A program made the position numbers and the translations under genes. Under the pieces are notes generated by a model. It was not told where the DNA came from. It did no database searches and saw only the letters and a list, made by a program, of their open reading frames with translations. A stretch of DNA of 64,000 bases from Candidatus Gallionella acididurans. GTDB lineage: Bacteria > Pseudomonadota > Gammaproteobacteria > Burkholderiales > Gallionellaceae. Location of the stretch: the NCBI GenBank assembly GCA_001577345.1, contig LSLI01000001.1, positions 6,764 to 70,763 on the forward strand. Direction: 5' to 3'. Shown one piece after another: positions 9,971 through 19,628 of the stretch (within the stretch, counting starts at the first letter, position 1; each line of letters begins with the position of its first letter).

Positions 9971-12900
9971 TAAAATCGCCCTCGATCCCAATCACAGTGT
10001 CGTCGTCGAAGCCTGCGCGGGCAGCGGCAAGACCTGGCTGCTGGTGTCGCGCATCGTGCGCCTGCTGCTGGCCGGCGTGCAGCCCGGCGAGATACTCGCG
10101 ATCACCTTCACACGCAAGGCCGCGCAGGAGATGCAGGCGCGGCTGCACGAGTGGCTGCATCTGCTTGCGGTGCAGGACGACGATGCCGTTAGAGAGTTTT
10201 TGCGCGAGCGCGCTGTTGACGGGATTGACGGTGCCTTGCTGGCCAAAGCGCGCGGCCTGTATCGCGATGCCTTGCTGGCGCAGCCGGCCATCACGATCAG
10301 CACCTTCCATGGCTGGTTCATGCAGCTGATTCAGCGCGCGCCGCTGAATGCCGGCGTGCCGGTCGGCATGCAACTGCTGGAGCGTACCTCGGCGCTGCGC
10401 GACGAGGCGTGGCAGTCTTTTGCCGACAGCCTGCGCGCCGCGCCCGATGGCGAAACCGCGCAGCACATGCAACAGCTGTTCGCAGGATACGGCCTGCACA
10501 GCACGCGCACGCTGCTGGAAAACTTTGTGCACAAGCGCGCCGAATGGTGGGCTTACACGCAGGGGCAGAAAGATGCAGCGGCGTGGGCAACGGAACAGTT
10601 GCAGGACGAACTTGAAGTGGATTTCGATGCAGACCCGATTGCCGATGCCTGTGGCGATGCATCACTTCAGTCTGCCGTACTGGCTTTTGCGCAAGCCTTG
10701 GCGACGGGAACGGAGGTACAGTGCAACAATGCCGACAAGCTGCAAATGGCATGGGAGTTGACCGACCTCCGGCAGCGCTTTGCCGCATTGTCACGCGCGC
10801 TGTACACCCAGGCCGATGAGCCGCGCAGTTTCAAGCCGACCAAAAAACAGAACGCAGAAACTTTCCTTGTTGCGCGCGATGTATTGTTCGACAAGCTGCA
10901 GGCCGTGCGCGATGAGCTGACCGAAATCGAAGCGTTGCGCATGAACCGGGCCGCGCTGCACTGCGGAGCTGCGCTGCTGGAGCATTATCAGCAATTGAAA
11001 CTGCAACAGCAGCAGATGGATTTCACCGACCTGGAATGGCAGGTGTGCCGCATGCTCAACCAGGGCGATTGCGCCGAGTACATGCAATACAAACTGGACA
11101 GCCGTTATCGCCACGTGCTGCTGGACGAATTTCAGGACACCAACCCGCTGCAGTGGCAGATACTGCAATCATGGTTCGCCGCGTCGGCGGCGGTGGATTC
11201 GCGGCCCACGGTTTTCGTGGTCGGCGATCCCAAGCAATCCATCTACCGCTTCCGCCGCGCCGATGCGCGCCTGTTCGGCGAGGTGCGCGGATTTTTGCAG
11301 CAGGAATTCGGCGCGCATTATCTGACCCAGAACGAGACGCGGCGCAATGCACCGGCGGTACTGGCTGCGGTGAACGGCGTGTTCTCCGGACATCCGGACG
11401 GCTTCGTGGATTTCGAGGAGCATGTCGCCCACCATCAGGACTTGCCCGGCCATGTCGAAGTGCTACCGCTGGCCGTGGCAGAAACAGCACTCCCTCCACC
11501 ACCGGGGGAGGGTTGGGGAGGGGGAGAAAGCGATAAACTACTATTGCGCAACCCGCTCACCACGCCGCGCGAAGAAATACAAAGCGGCGCGCGTGAAACA
11601 GAAGCAGAGCAATTCGCCGCGCATATCGCCAAAATCGTCGAAAACTGGAGCGTGCGGGACGATGGCGTGACGCGCCGCGCCGAGTACCGCGACATCATGG
11701 TGCTGGTGCGCAAGCGCCTGCACCTGCGCGTGTACGAGCACGCCCTGCGCGCGCGCCACATTCCGTTCCTGACCTCGCGGCGCGGCGGCCTGCTGGACAC
11801 GCTGGAAGCGGAAGACATCCAGGCGTTGCTGACATTCCTGATCACGCCGTTCGCCGATCTCGAGCTGGCGCAGGCACTGCGTTCGCCGATTTTTTCGTGC
11901 AGCGATGAAGATCTGATGTCAATAGCAGGTTCAAGGAACAAGGATCAAGATTCAAAGATTCGGGATATAGAATCCAGGAGTGATGAGCAAGGAGCGAGCG
12001 GGGAGACTTTACCTCAGTCCTCAGTCCCCAGTCCTCGCTCCTCATGGTGGCAACGCCTGCAATACCTCGACCATCCATCCCCCGCATTGCAGCGGGCTCA
12101 TCGTCTGCTGGCAAGTTGGCTGGCGCAGGCCGACAAACTCCCGGTGCACGACCTGCTCGACCGCATCTATTTCGAGGGCGACCTGCTGCATCGCTATGAA
12201 GCTGCGCTGCCTGCCGAGCTGCACGAGACAGTGCGCGCCAACCTGCAGGCCTTCATGGAGATCGCGCTCAACGTCGATGCCGGACGCTATCCCAGCCTGC
12301 CGCGATTCCTCGCCGAGTTGCGCGAATTGCGCGCGGCGGAAAACGAATCGCCGGACGAGGGGAAAGTGGGCGAGGTCGGCAACGCGCTGCGCATCTACAC
12401 CGTGCACGAAGCCAAGGGACTTGAAGCGCCCATCGTGTGGCTGCTGGACGCCAACGACACGCAGGGCAAAGCCGACAGCTACAACGTGCTGCTCGACTGG
12501 CAGCCCAACGCGCCGCGCCCGGCGCACTTTTCGCTGTTCAGCGACAAGAAAGGGCGCGGCATCAAGCGCGCGCCTTACTTCGAGGCGGACGAGGCTTATG
12601 CGCGGCGCGAAGAAATGAACCTGCTGTACGTCGCGATGACGCGCGCCAAACAGGCGCTGCTGGTCAGCGGAAACGGCGAAGTAGCGGAGACATCATGGTA
12701 TGGCAGGATCGCGCAAGTTGCCGGGCAGCGCAGCAATCCATTGCTGGATGCGGGAGGCAGTGTTGTACCAGCACCGGAAAAATTATCCATGGCGGTGGAT
12801 ACTTCATTGTCGCGCCCGCTGCCAACCGGTCAGCATGTGCCGCGTACCACCGCAGAACAGCGTCGCGGCACCTGGTTGCACGCGCTGCTGCAACACCTGG

Positions 12901-13283
12901 CCCCGCCCAACGGGATGACAGACAAGGCTGCGCTTCAGGTGCAGTGCGGCATTCCGCCCGGCGAGATGGACAGCCTTTTGCGTCAAGCGCAGGCACTGCT
13001 TGCGCAGGCATCGCTGCAACGTTTCTTCGACCCGCAACACTATCTTGCTGCCAGCAACGAAATGTCCTATGTCAATGCGGCGGGCGAATTGAAGCGTATC
13101 GACCGGCTGGTGGAGTTCGGCGGCGAGGTGTGGGTGCTGGATTACAAGACCGGCGACAGCGCCGATTCCGCGCCGTACCGCGCGCAGATGCTGGAATATC
13201 GCACTGCGATGCAATCGGTGTATGCGGGCAAGAAAGTGCGCTGTGCATTGCTGTTTGCGGATGGAGAGTTGAGCGAGGTGTAG
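9963..13283 (+). CDS. addA: AddA-like UvrD-family helicase/nuclease
   Basis: ACAGSGKT, ILAITFTRKAA, LLDEFQDT, VGDPKQSIYRFR, TVHEAKGLE, YVAMTRA and the RIDRL...LDYKTG nuclease motif. RBS GGAGGG precedes ATG 9963. Confidence 0.9.
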   Translation: MDNKIALDPNHSVVVEACAGSGKTWLLVSRIVRLLLAGVQPGEILAITFTRKAAQEMQARLHEWLHLLAVQDDDAVREFLRERAVDGIDGALLAKARGLYRDALLAQPAITISTFHGWFMQLIQRAPLNAGVPVGMQLLERTSALRDEAWQSFADSLRAAPDGETAQHMQQLFAGYGLHSTRTLLENFVHKRAEWWAYTQGQKDAAAWATEQLQDELEVDFDADPIADACGDASLQSAVLAFAQALATGTEVQCNNADKLQMAWELTDLRQRFAALSRALYTQADEPRSFKPTKKQNAETFLVARDVLFDKLQAVRDELTEIEALRMNRAALHCGAALLEHYQQLKLQQQQMDFTDLEWQVCRMLNQGDCAEYMQYKLDSRYRHVLLDEFQDTNPLQWQILQSWFAASAAVDSRPTVFVVGDPKQSIYRFRRADARLFGEVRGFLQQEFGAHYLTQNETRRNAPAVLAAVNGVFSGHPDGFVDFEEHVAHHQDLPGHVEVLPLAVAETALPPPPGEGWGGGESDKLLLRNPLTTPREEIQSGARETEAEQFAAHIAKIVENWSVRDDGVTRRAEYRDIMVLVRKRLHLRVYEHALRARHIPFLTSRRGGLLDTLEAEDIQALLTFLITPFADLELAQALRSPIFSCSDEDLMSIAGSRNKDQDSKIRDIESRSDEQGASGETLPQSSVPSPRSSWWQRLQYLDHPSPALQRAHRLLASWLAQADKLPVHDLLDRIYFEGDLLHRYEAALPAELHETVRANLQAFMEIALNVDAGRYPSLPRFLAELRELRAAENESPDEGKVGEVGNALRIYTVHEAKGLEAPIVWLLDANDTQGKADSYNVLLDWQPNAPRPAHFSLFSDKKGRGIKRAPYFEADEAYARREEMNLLYVAMTRAKQALLVSGNGEVAETSWYGRIAQVAGQRSNPLLDAGGSVVPAPEKLSMAVDTSLSRPLPTGQHVPRTTAEQRRGTWLHALLQHLAPPNGMTDKAALQVQCGIPPGEMDSLLRQAQALLAQASLQRFFDPQHYLAASNEMSYVNAAGELKRIDRLVEFGGEVWVLDYKTGDSADSAPYRAQMLEYRTAMQSVYAGKKVRCALLFADGELSEV
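11489..11525. repeat. In-frame REP-like insertion in addA (encodes LPPPPGEGWGG)
   Basis: CTCCCTCC-ACCACCG-GGGGAGG followed by GTTGGGGAGGGGG; G-run/C-run palindrome. Confidence 0.6.
11926..12044. repeat. In-frame heptamer-periodic insertion in addA
   Basis: AAGGAAC AAGGATC AAGATTC, later CCTCAGT CCTCAGT CCCCAGT CCTCGCT CCTCA. It encodes a low-complexity peptide of about 40 aa. Confidence 0.65.
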
Positions 13284-13488
13284 GGGCGGGCAACTATGCC
13301 TGCCATGAGCGTGACGGCTTGGTTCTTGGTGGTACTGATGCGCCCCTTATATGGCTGCCTCCGACACATTCCGGAATGTTGGATTTCACCAGAACAAGTT
13401 CAACATTCTTCTGGCGGGAGAATTCTTCTATTTTTGATTATTGAGGTTTTCATATTTGATGACAGTGACACCTCTTTCTGAATGCGGT

Positions 13489-13706
13489 AAGGGGAAATTA
13501 AAAAGCTGGCACATCATTCCGGCGAATTCGGGGAATCCAGAATGCCTCGTCATTGCAACAAGGCTTTAGCTGCGAGCGAAGCGCGGCAGGGGCGCAGCCG
13601 ACGTGGCAATCCAGATGGTTTAAAAAATGCATCTTGGTCTTGCTGGATTGCTTCACTTCGTTCGCAATGACGGCAAGGGTGTCGTGAATTATGGAAGTAT
13701 CAATAA
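13489..13706 (+). repeat. 218-bp composite palindromic element, copy 1 (direct repeat of 26738..26956)
   Basis: Nearly identical to 26738..26956. Contains a dRS3-like ATTCC..GGGAAT and the nested palindrome GTCATTGC..GGCAATCCAG..CTGGATTGC..GCAATGAC. Confidence 0.9.
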
Positions 13707-13721
13707 TTTTGGTACAAAATT

Positions 13722-16541
13722 CTAGATCAGCCTCGGTTCTTGCATAAACACGACAAACTGTTCAGGTGTCAATGGCTTGCTGAAATAGTAACCTTGGATT
13801 ATGTCGCATTGCCAAGAGCGTAGCAGGTCGAGTTGATCCAGCGTTTCAACACCTTCCGCTATTACAATTTTATGCAGCTTGTGTGCGAGAGTAATGATCA
13901 CCTCGACAATGGTACGTGAGTTGCTGTCGTTGATCATGCCTGTGATAAACGACATGTCAACTTTTATATAGTCAATAGGCAGCAGTCTCAGGTAAGACAT
14001 GGATGAATACCCGGTGCCAAAGTCGTCGACCGCCACTTTTATTCCCATTTGCCGCAACTCATGGAGTACAGCAATTGCTTCGCTGGTTTTGTCCATGAAG
14101 AGGCTTTCGGTGACTTCGATTTCCAATGCGCTGGGTGGCGTGGATGTTGTTTGAAGCGCATCTTTAATGATCTGGATCAGGTTGCCGCGCTGGAATTGCC
14201 GGACAGAAATGTTGATAGCAATGGGAGGGGCATTTACACCCTCTGAGCGCCACGTCGCATGCTGGGCACAGGCATCCCATATTACATTTCTGCCAATCTC
14301 ATCGATAAGCCCGATATCCTCGGCAATACCAATGAAAACGCCCGGATAAACCAGGCCACGAGTCGGGTGGTTCCACCGTACAAGAGCTTCTGCACCTGTG
14401 ATTTGACCGGTACGCAAGTCAATTTTTGGTTGATAGTGAAGAATGAACTCTTTGTGGAGCAAACCTTGCCGCATCTCACGTTCCAAGTTCATGTGCTCGA
14501 TTGCCTCAATATTCATCTGTTCTTCGAAATAGACGAATTTGCCGCGCCCGAGATCCTTGGCACGGTACATGGCCGTGTCGGCCTTTTTGAGCAGTTCTTC
14601 GCTGTCATTGCCGTCCATGGGCGAGATGGCGATACCGATGCTGGCACTGATATGGCTTTCTTGGCCTGCAACCATGAAAGGCTGAAAAAATGCTTGCAAG
14701 ATGTTTTCAGCCACCGTGCTGGCGCTTTGTATTCCTGAGATGGCGGGCAAGATAATTGCAAATTCGTCACCTCCGAGGCGTGCGATGGTATCGCTTTCGC
14801 GGCTGCATCGGCGTAGCCGCTGTGCAGCTTCCATCAACAACTCGTCACCCGCTGAGTGGCCGAAGGCGTCATTGATGCCTTTAAAGCGATCAAGATCAAT
14901 GAACAGTAAAGCCAGGTTCCGCCCCTCGCGCTGCGCGAAGGAAATTTCACTTGAAAGCCGTTCCTTGAACAAGAGACGGTTCGGCAGGCCAGTCAGATCA
15001 TCGTGGTGAGCCTGATAAATCAGCTTTTCGTCGCGTGCAACCGCAGACATGGCAACACCAATTCGATCGCCAAGGTCTCGCAGATGAATAAGCAAGCTTG
15101 GTGGCAAGTCCCTGGTGTTTTTGAATCCCATGCAAAGAAAGGCAATCAAGGTTCCGTCAGTGAGGATGGGCAGAATGAACAGTTGCCCAGCAATCTGAAA
15201 CCCGGGTTGGGGGATATAATTCAGAAGACTCTCGGAGTTATCCAACCAGAAGCCCTTGTCCCGTTCCGAAAATTCCTGCAACTTTTCAATATTCACCCTG
15301 ATCCGACTCATTTCCAAGTTGGGGTTGCTTGCAGCTTGCAGAGAATAGATTCGTGCTTCACCCGCCGCAGACTTCTCCAACTCAACGATACCTGCAAAGT
15401 TGGCATCAGTGAGCTTTCGGATGCGCACCAGCACGATGGTAAAAGCCGCGTCCATATTCAGATTTGATAAAATGACCTGGTCGATCTCGGAAAGAACCTT
15501 GAGGGTAGCGAGCTGGCTGCCAAGTCGCTCGGCCATATCGTTGAGAGAGGTTGCCAGCTCTCCGAATTCGTCGTGACCTGCCACAGTAACTCTGTGGTCG
15601 AAATCCTCGTAGGCAAAGCGCCGTGTACCATTGATGAGCCTCTCCAACGGTCCCAGGGTTCTGCGGATCTGGAGGGTGCTTAGCAGAGCCACCAGCAGCA
15701 GCGCCAGTACGATGACACCAATGAATATCCGACTGAATTTCTCAATTGGGCGCAAGACGCCCGCCATCGGTTGCACCGCAATTGCGGTCCAGTATGATCC
15801 GGAAAATTGGGGCTTTAGAAAAAGCTTCCATTGCCCCATGATCCAGGGCTCCTTGCTGATCTGCACGTGATAATCAGGCGAAGGGTCGGCAATCCTGCGT
15901 GCCAACATGGCGGATTCAGCTTGAAGTTCGGGCTGAGAACAGAACAGCATGACGCCGGGATCGGCAAACATGCACATACCGATCATGTACTGAGAGTCTT
16001 CTTCATCTCCCCAAATATTTGCTGGATCAAGTTCCGCGACCAGTGCGGAATTTCCATGCTTGCCTGCATCAATCATGTGCAGAAGCAGAATTCGTGGTGA
16101 CGAGCCTAAATCTGATTGGACGATAAGGACAGATTCGCCCTTCGCTAGGTGGGCGCGCTCTGACTCCCCAATTGCAGGCCAGGCGAGAGCCTTGCCTATA
16201 AGCGGAGTGCTCAGTGTGCCAGGTCCGATGACTGTTAAACCGGAATATAGCCCTTTCAGATTCTCCAAAACCTGGCTACTTGGCACTGAGCCGTCATTGC
16301 GCATGAACGTAGCGATTTCAGCGAGGTCGGTCTGCATCTGCATTAACCGTTGATCTACGGCCAAGGCGAAATCCTTACTCGCTACCTTCAATCTGGAAAT
16401 GGCTTGATCGGTAAAAATGCCGCGCACCTGAATGAAGGTAAGCACTACCATTACCATCATGGGAAAGAAAGCGGCAAGAACAAACATGGCAAAAATACGT
16501 CGCGCTATACTGCCTTGGAAGAATCTCTTTTTGATCCTCAT
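13722..16541 (-). CDS. Membrane-anchored sensor diguanylate cyclase/phosphodiesterase (periplasmic domain-HAMP-GAF-GGDEF-EAL)
   Basis: Two TM segments, HAMP (DEFGELATSLNDMA), HHDDLTGLPNR, RESD I-site, GGDEF, AEAL and DDFGTGYSS. Confidence 0.92.
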   Translation of the reverse strand: MRIKKRFFQGSIARRIFAMFVLAAFFPMMVMVVLTFIQVRGIFTDQAISRLKVASKDFALAVDQRLMQMQTDLAEIATFMRNDGSVPSSQVLENLKGLYSGLTVIGPGTLSTPLIGKALAWPAIGESERAHLAKGESVLIVQSDLGSSPRILLLHMIDAGKHGNSALVAELDPANIWGDEEDSQYMIGMCMFADPGVMLFCSQPELQAESAMLARRIADPSPDYHVQISKEPWIMGQWKLFLKPQFSGSYWTAIAVQPMAGVLRPIEKFSRIFIGVIVLALLLVALLSTLQIRRTLGPLERLINGTRRFAYEDFDHRVTVAGHDEFGELATSLNDMAERLGSQLATLKVLSEIDQVILSNLNMDAAFTIVLVRIRKLTDANFAGIVELEKSAAGEARIYSLQAASNPNLEMSRIRVNIEKLQEFSERDKGFWLDNSESLLNYIPQPGFQIAGQLFILPILTDGTLIAFLCMGFKNTRDLPPSLLIHLRDLGDRIGVAMSAVARDEKLIYQAHHDDLTGLPNRLLFKERLSSEISFAQREGRNLALLFIDLDRFKGINDAFGHSAGDELLMEAAQRLRRCSRESDTIARLGGDEFAIILPAISGIQSASTVAENILQAFFQPFMVAGQESHISASIGIAISPMDGNDSEELLKKADTAMYRAKDLGRGKFVYFEEQMNIEAIEHMNLEREMRQGLLHKEFILHYQPKIDLRTGQITGAEALVRWNHPTRGLVYPGVFIGIAEDIGLIDEIGRNVIWDACAQHATWRSEGVNAPPIAINISVRQFQRGNLIQIIKDALQTTSTPPSALEIEVTESLFMDKTSEAIAVLHELRQMGIKVAVDDFGTGYSSMSYLRLLPIDYIKVDMSFITGMINDSNSRTIVEVIITLAHKLHKIVIAEGVETLDQLDLLRSWQCDIIQGYYFSKPLTPEQFVVFMQEPRLI

Positions 16542-16554
16542 CGACAGCTCACAT

Positions 16555-17010
16555 TTAAAAGGTGGAAGCCAAACCCACAAACTGCCCGTTGTTCGCCCGG
16601 ATGATGTCGTCCTGGCTTACAACCGCAGTCAGCGGCGCAATACTCTTGCCGTCTTTGCCGATGCTGTAGAGATCGTAGTCGGAGTTGATCGGGTGCAGCG
16701 ATTTGTCCTTACGCACCAAGCTCATGCTTGGCCCGTTTAGCGGGATTACAAGGTACTGATAGGGATGTCTCCAAGGATCGAGTTTGTTCCCTGCGCCCAC
16801 ATCACTCAAGCTGTTGGGGAGGCTGCCGACATTATCAGCTTGGAATTGTGCAATCGCCACCTCTAAGGATTTGATGTCGCCAATCGCCTCAGCGACTTGT
16901 GCCTGATAATAATAGTTTTGATAAGAAGGAACCGCAATGGCTGTAAGAATTCCAATGCTGGCCATTACCAACAGTATTTCAATCAAGGTAATACCCGAGA
17001 GCCGTCTCAT
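16555..17010 (-). CDS. Type IV pilin/pseudopilin-like protein (prepilin N-terminal cleavage/methylation motif)
   Basis: MRRLSG|ITLIEILLVMASIGILTAIAVPSY with Glu at +5. GspG-like LDPWRHPYQY and YDLYSIGKDG. Alternative start at 17022. Confidence 0.88.
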   Translation of the reverse strand: MRRLSGITLIEILLVMASIGILTAIAVPSYQNYYYQAQVAEAIGDIKSLEVAIAQFQADNVGSLPNSLSDVGAGNKLDPWRHPYQYLVIPLNGPSMSLVRKDKSLHPINSDYDLYSIGKDGKSIAPLTAVVSQDDIIRANNGQFVGLASTF

Positions 17011-17051
17011 CAAAGCAGTCAAAAATGTATTAAATTGAGTAAGTGTATACG

Positions 17052-17067
17052 CGTAAAAATTTTCACA
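17052..17067. promoter_or_regulatory. Possible CRP/FNR-family binding site upstream of the pilin gene
   Basis: CGTAA-AAATTT-TCACA against the consensus TGTGA-N6-TCACA. A -10-like TACATT lies on the minus strand at 17024-17029. Confidence 0.35.
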
Positions 17068-17178
17068 TCATATTTACAGACAAAGTGTGCAATTCATACG
17101 ATAGACGGTGAAACAAGATACCTGACCGTCCGTTCTTGGCTGCGGTCATAGAACGAAATGTACCAGAGCTGAATTATT

Positions 17179-17670
17179 TTATGTTCGATTTTTCAACGAC
17201 AGGGTCAGCTTGAACCTGGCAACCGGCTCGTCACTCAGCGACGGCACGGTGGCAATGACGTCGATCTGTCTTTCGACTCTCTCATCGGAAACTGCAGCGA
17301 GTGCTACAAGTTCAGCGATCTCTTTCCCTTGGTCGCAAATGAAATCCACATCACCCTCGGCGCGCTTGAGAAATTCTGCCTGGAAGTCCTTGAACACCAT
17401 GGAGATGCGTGCGGGTTGTTGCCGGATCAGGTACATGGCGAATGCACCGGGCGCGCAGTCCGCTCCGATGCAGAGCGCACCGAAGTACATCGAGCCGAGG
17501 TGATTCCTTGTTCTGCGCCGCAAGGGTATGCGGACTACCATGCGTTCGGGCGATATCTCCCTCACCGAGACGCCGACATAGAACAGCAGGGGAATCCTGG
17601 TGAACCCGAACAGGCGCAGAGAGATGGTCTCCCGTGTTTTCTCGGCAATCAGTTTGGACAACCAGTTCAT
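17179..17670 (-). CDS. Hotdog-fold thioesterase-like protein (DUF4442/PaaI-like)
   Basis: RRTRNHLGSMYFGAL and FKDFQAEFLKRAEGDV. Confidence 0.8.
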   Translation of the reverse strand: MNWLSKLIAEKTRETISLRLFGFTRIPLLFYVGVSVREISPERMVVRIPLRRRTRNHLGSMYFGALCIGADCAPGAFAMYLIRQQPARISMVFKDFQAEFLKRAEGDVDFICDQGKEIAELVALAAVSDERVERQIDVIATVPSLSDEPVARFKLTLSLKNRT

Positions 17671-17767
17671 TGTGTTCACTCTAAACGCTCGCTAAATTGA
17701 GCGCAACATTTTCGGTTTGACATTGCCCCTTCTGGGCCATATAGTCCGTTCAGAACGAACGTTCTTT

Positions 17768-18847
17768 ATGGGTGGGAATCAAGTGAAGCACGAAGCAACA
17801 AAAGGCCGTGGCGCGACGCTGCAGATCGAGGGGCACTTCGAGAGCGTGGCGCGCGAGCGTGTCGATGATGGCTGGGGCATGGCGGACGAGGAACTGCCGC
17901 CGTTCAAGACCACGGTGACGATAGATTCGGCGAAGAGCGTGATCCAGCGCAACGATTCGCCGGACCTGCCGTTCTCGCTGTCGCTGAACGCCTACCGCGG
18001 CTGCGAACACGGCTGCATCTATTGCTACGCGCGGCCCTCGCATGCCTACCTGAATCTTTCGCCGGGGCTGGATTTCGAGACCCAGCTTTTTGCCAAGCCG
18101 GATGCGGCGAAGCTGTTGCGTGCGGAGCTGGCCAAACCTTCCTACCGATGCTCGCCGATCGCGCTCGGTTCCAACACCGACCCCTACCAGCCTATCGAGC
18201 GCGACTGGCAGATCACGCGACAGATACTGGAGGTGCTGGCCGAACACAAACATCCGGTTTCCATCGTCACCAAGTCGGCGCTGATCGAGCGCGACCTCGA
18301 CCTGCTGACACGACTCGCGCGCGACGACCTGGTGCAGGTGTATATCTCGGTGACGACGCTGGACGCCGGGCTGGCGCGCCACATGGAACCGCGCGCAGCG
18401 TCGCCGCGGCGCAGGCTGCAAGCCATCCGGATGCTGAACGAGGCGGGCGTGCCGTGCGGGGTGATGGTGGCGCCGGTGATCCCTTTTCTGACCGATGCGG
18501 AACTGGAGCAGGTGCTGCAGGCCGCGCATCAACACGGCGCGCGCAGCGCGGGCTATGCCTTGCTGCGCCTGCCGTACGAGCTGAAGGATTTGTTCAGGGA
18601 CTGGCTGGCTACGCACTATCCGCTGAAGGCGGGGCATGTGATGAGCCGGATGCGCGAGATGCGCGGCGGGCGCGACAACGATCCCGAGTTCGGCAGCCGC
18701 TTTCGCGGCAACGGCCTGTTCGCCGACCTGCTGGCGCAGCGCTTCAGCAAGGCTTGCGGGCGGCTGGGTTTCAACCTGGAAGACAGGCCGCTGGTTACGG
18801 GGCTGTTCAAGCCGCCGTCGCGGAACGGGCAGATCGATTTGTTTTAA
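17768..18847 (+). CDS. PA0069/Rv2578c-family radical SAM protein (SplB-like)
   Basis: NAYRGCEHGCIYCYAR CxxxCxxC motif, GSNTDPYQP and C-terminal QIDLF. Confidence 0.9.
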   Translation: MGGNQVKHEATKGRGATLQIEGHFESVARERVDDGWGMADEELPPFKTTVTIDSAKSVIQRNDSPDLPFSLSLNAYRGCEHGCIYCYARPSHAYLNLSPGLDFETQLFAKPDAAKLLRAELAKPSYRCSPIALGSNTDPYQPIERDWQITRQILEVLAEHKHPVSIVTKSALIERDLDLLTRLARDDLVQVYISVTTLDAGLARHMEPRAASPRRRLQAIRMLNEAGVPCGVMVAPVIPFLTDAELEQVLQAAHQHGARSAGYALLRLPYELKDLFRDWLATHYPLKAGHVMSRMREMRGGRDNDPEFGSRFRGNGLFADLLAQRFSKACGRLGFNLEDRPLVTGLFKPPSRNGQIDLF

Positions 18848-18955
18848 CCGGTGGCCACGAAGTTTATCCCGATAAACTTGATCAACTATTGTTTGCCGTG
18901 CGTTAATTGGCTAGAATCTCCCGTCCACGCTTTACATTACCCAAGGAGAATAACA

Positions 18956-19540
18956 ATGGAACATACCCTGCCCGCACTACCCTATGCCATGGACGCGCTG
19001 CAACCGCACATGTCCAAGGAAACCTTCGAATACCATTATGCCAAGCACCACCAGGCCTATGTCACCAACCTGAACAACCTGATCAAGGGCACCGAGTACG
19101 AGAAACTTGATCTGGAAGCGATCATCAAAAAGGCGCCTGCCGGCGGGATTTACAACAATGCCGCACAGGTGTCCAACCACACTTTCTTCTGGAATTGCAT
19201 GAAGCCTAACGGCGGCGGCGCTCCCGGCGGCGCACTGTCAGCCGCGATCAACAAGAAGTGGGGCAGCCTCGACGAATTCAAAAAGGCGTTTCAAACCTCT
19301 GCTGTGGGCAACTTCGGTTCCGGCTGGACATGGCTGGTGAAGAAAGCCGACGGCAGCCTGGACATTGTCAACATGGGCGCGGCCGGAACACCGCTGACCA
19401 CCGGCGATAAAGCCCTGTTGTGCGTGGACGTCTGGGAGCACGCCTATTACATCGACTATCGCAACATGCGCCCCAAGTTCGTCGAGACTTTCTTGAGCAA
19501 TTTGGTGAACTGGGACTTTGTCGCGAAGAATTTTGCTTAA
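18956..19540 (+). CDS. sodB: Superoxide dismutase [Fe]
   Basis: [22 protein letters not shown] and [20 protein letters not shown]. Confidence 0.95.
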   Translation: MEHTLPALPYAMDALQPHMSKETFEYHYAKHHQAYVTNLNNLIKGTEYEKLDLEAIIKKAPAGGIYNNAAQVSNHTFFWNCMKPNGGGAPGGALSAAINKKWGSLDEFKKAFQTSAVGNFGSGWTWLVKKADGSLDIVNMGAAGTPLTTGDKALLCVDVWEHAYYIDYRNMRPKFVETFLSNLVNWDFVAKNFA

Positions 19541-19592
19541 AGGCATGCAGGTGTCTCGTTAGCGTAACGTCGTGAAAACCATGCGGGAAAAT

Positions 19593-19628
19593 GGCGGTGT
19601 TTCATTGAATATTGGGAACACCGTTTTC
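19593..19628 (+). terminator. Probable intrinsic terminator after sodB
   Basis: CGGTGTTTC...GGAACACCG followed by TTTT. Confidence 0.5.

Noticed and set aside
4786-13283. AddAB rather than RecBCD next to trxA-rho
   Set aside because: This is an established arrangement in many alpha- and betaproteobacteria.
13142-13453. Minus-strand frame MKTSIIKNRRILPPEEC-TGA-TCSG... reading through an in-frame TGA after Cys (possible selenoprotein)
   Set aside because: There is no convincing SECIS and no recognisable family, and the downstream part runs antisense through the addA 3' end. The 61-aa plus-strand ORF 13296..13481 is equally unsupported.
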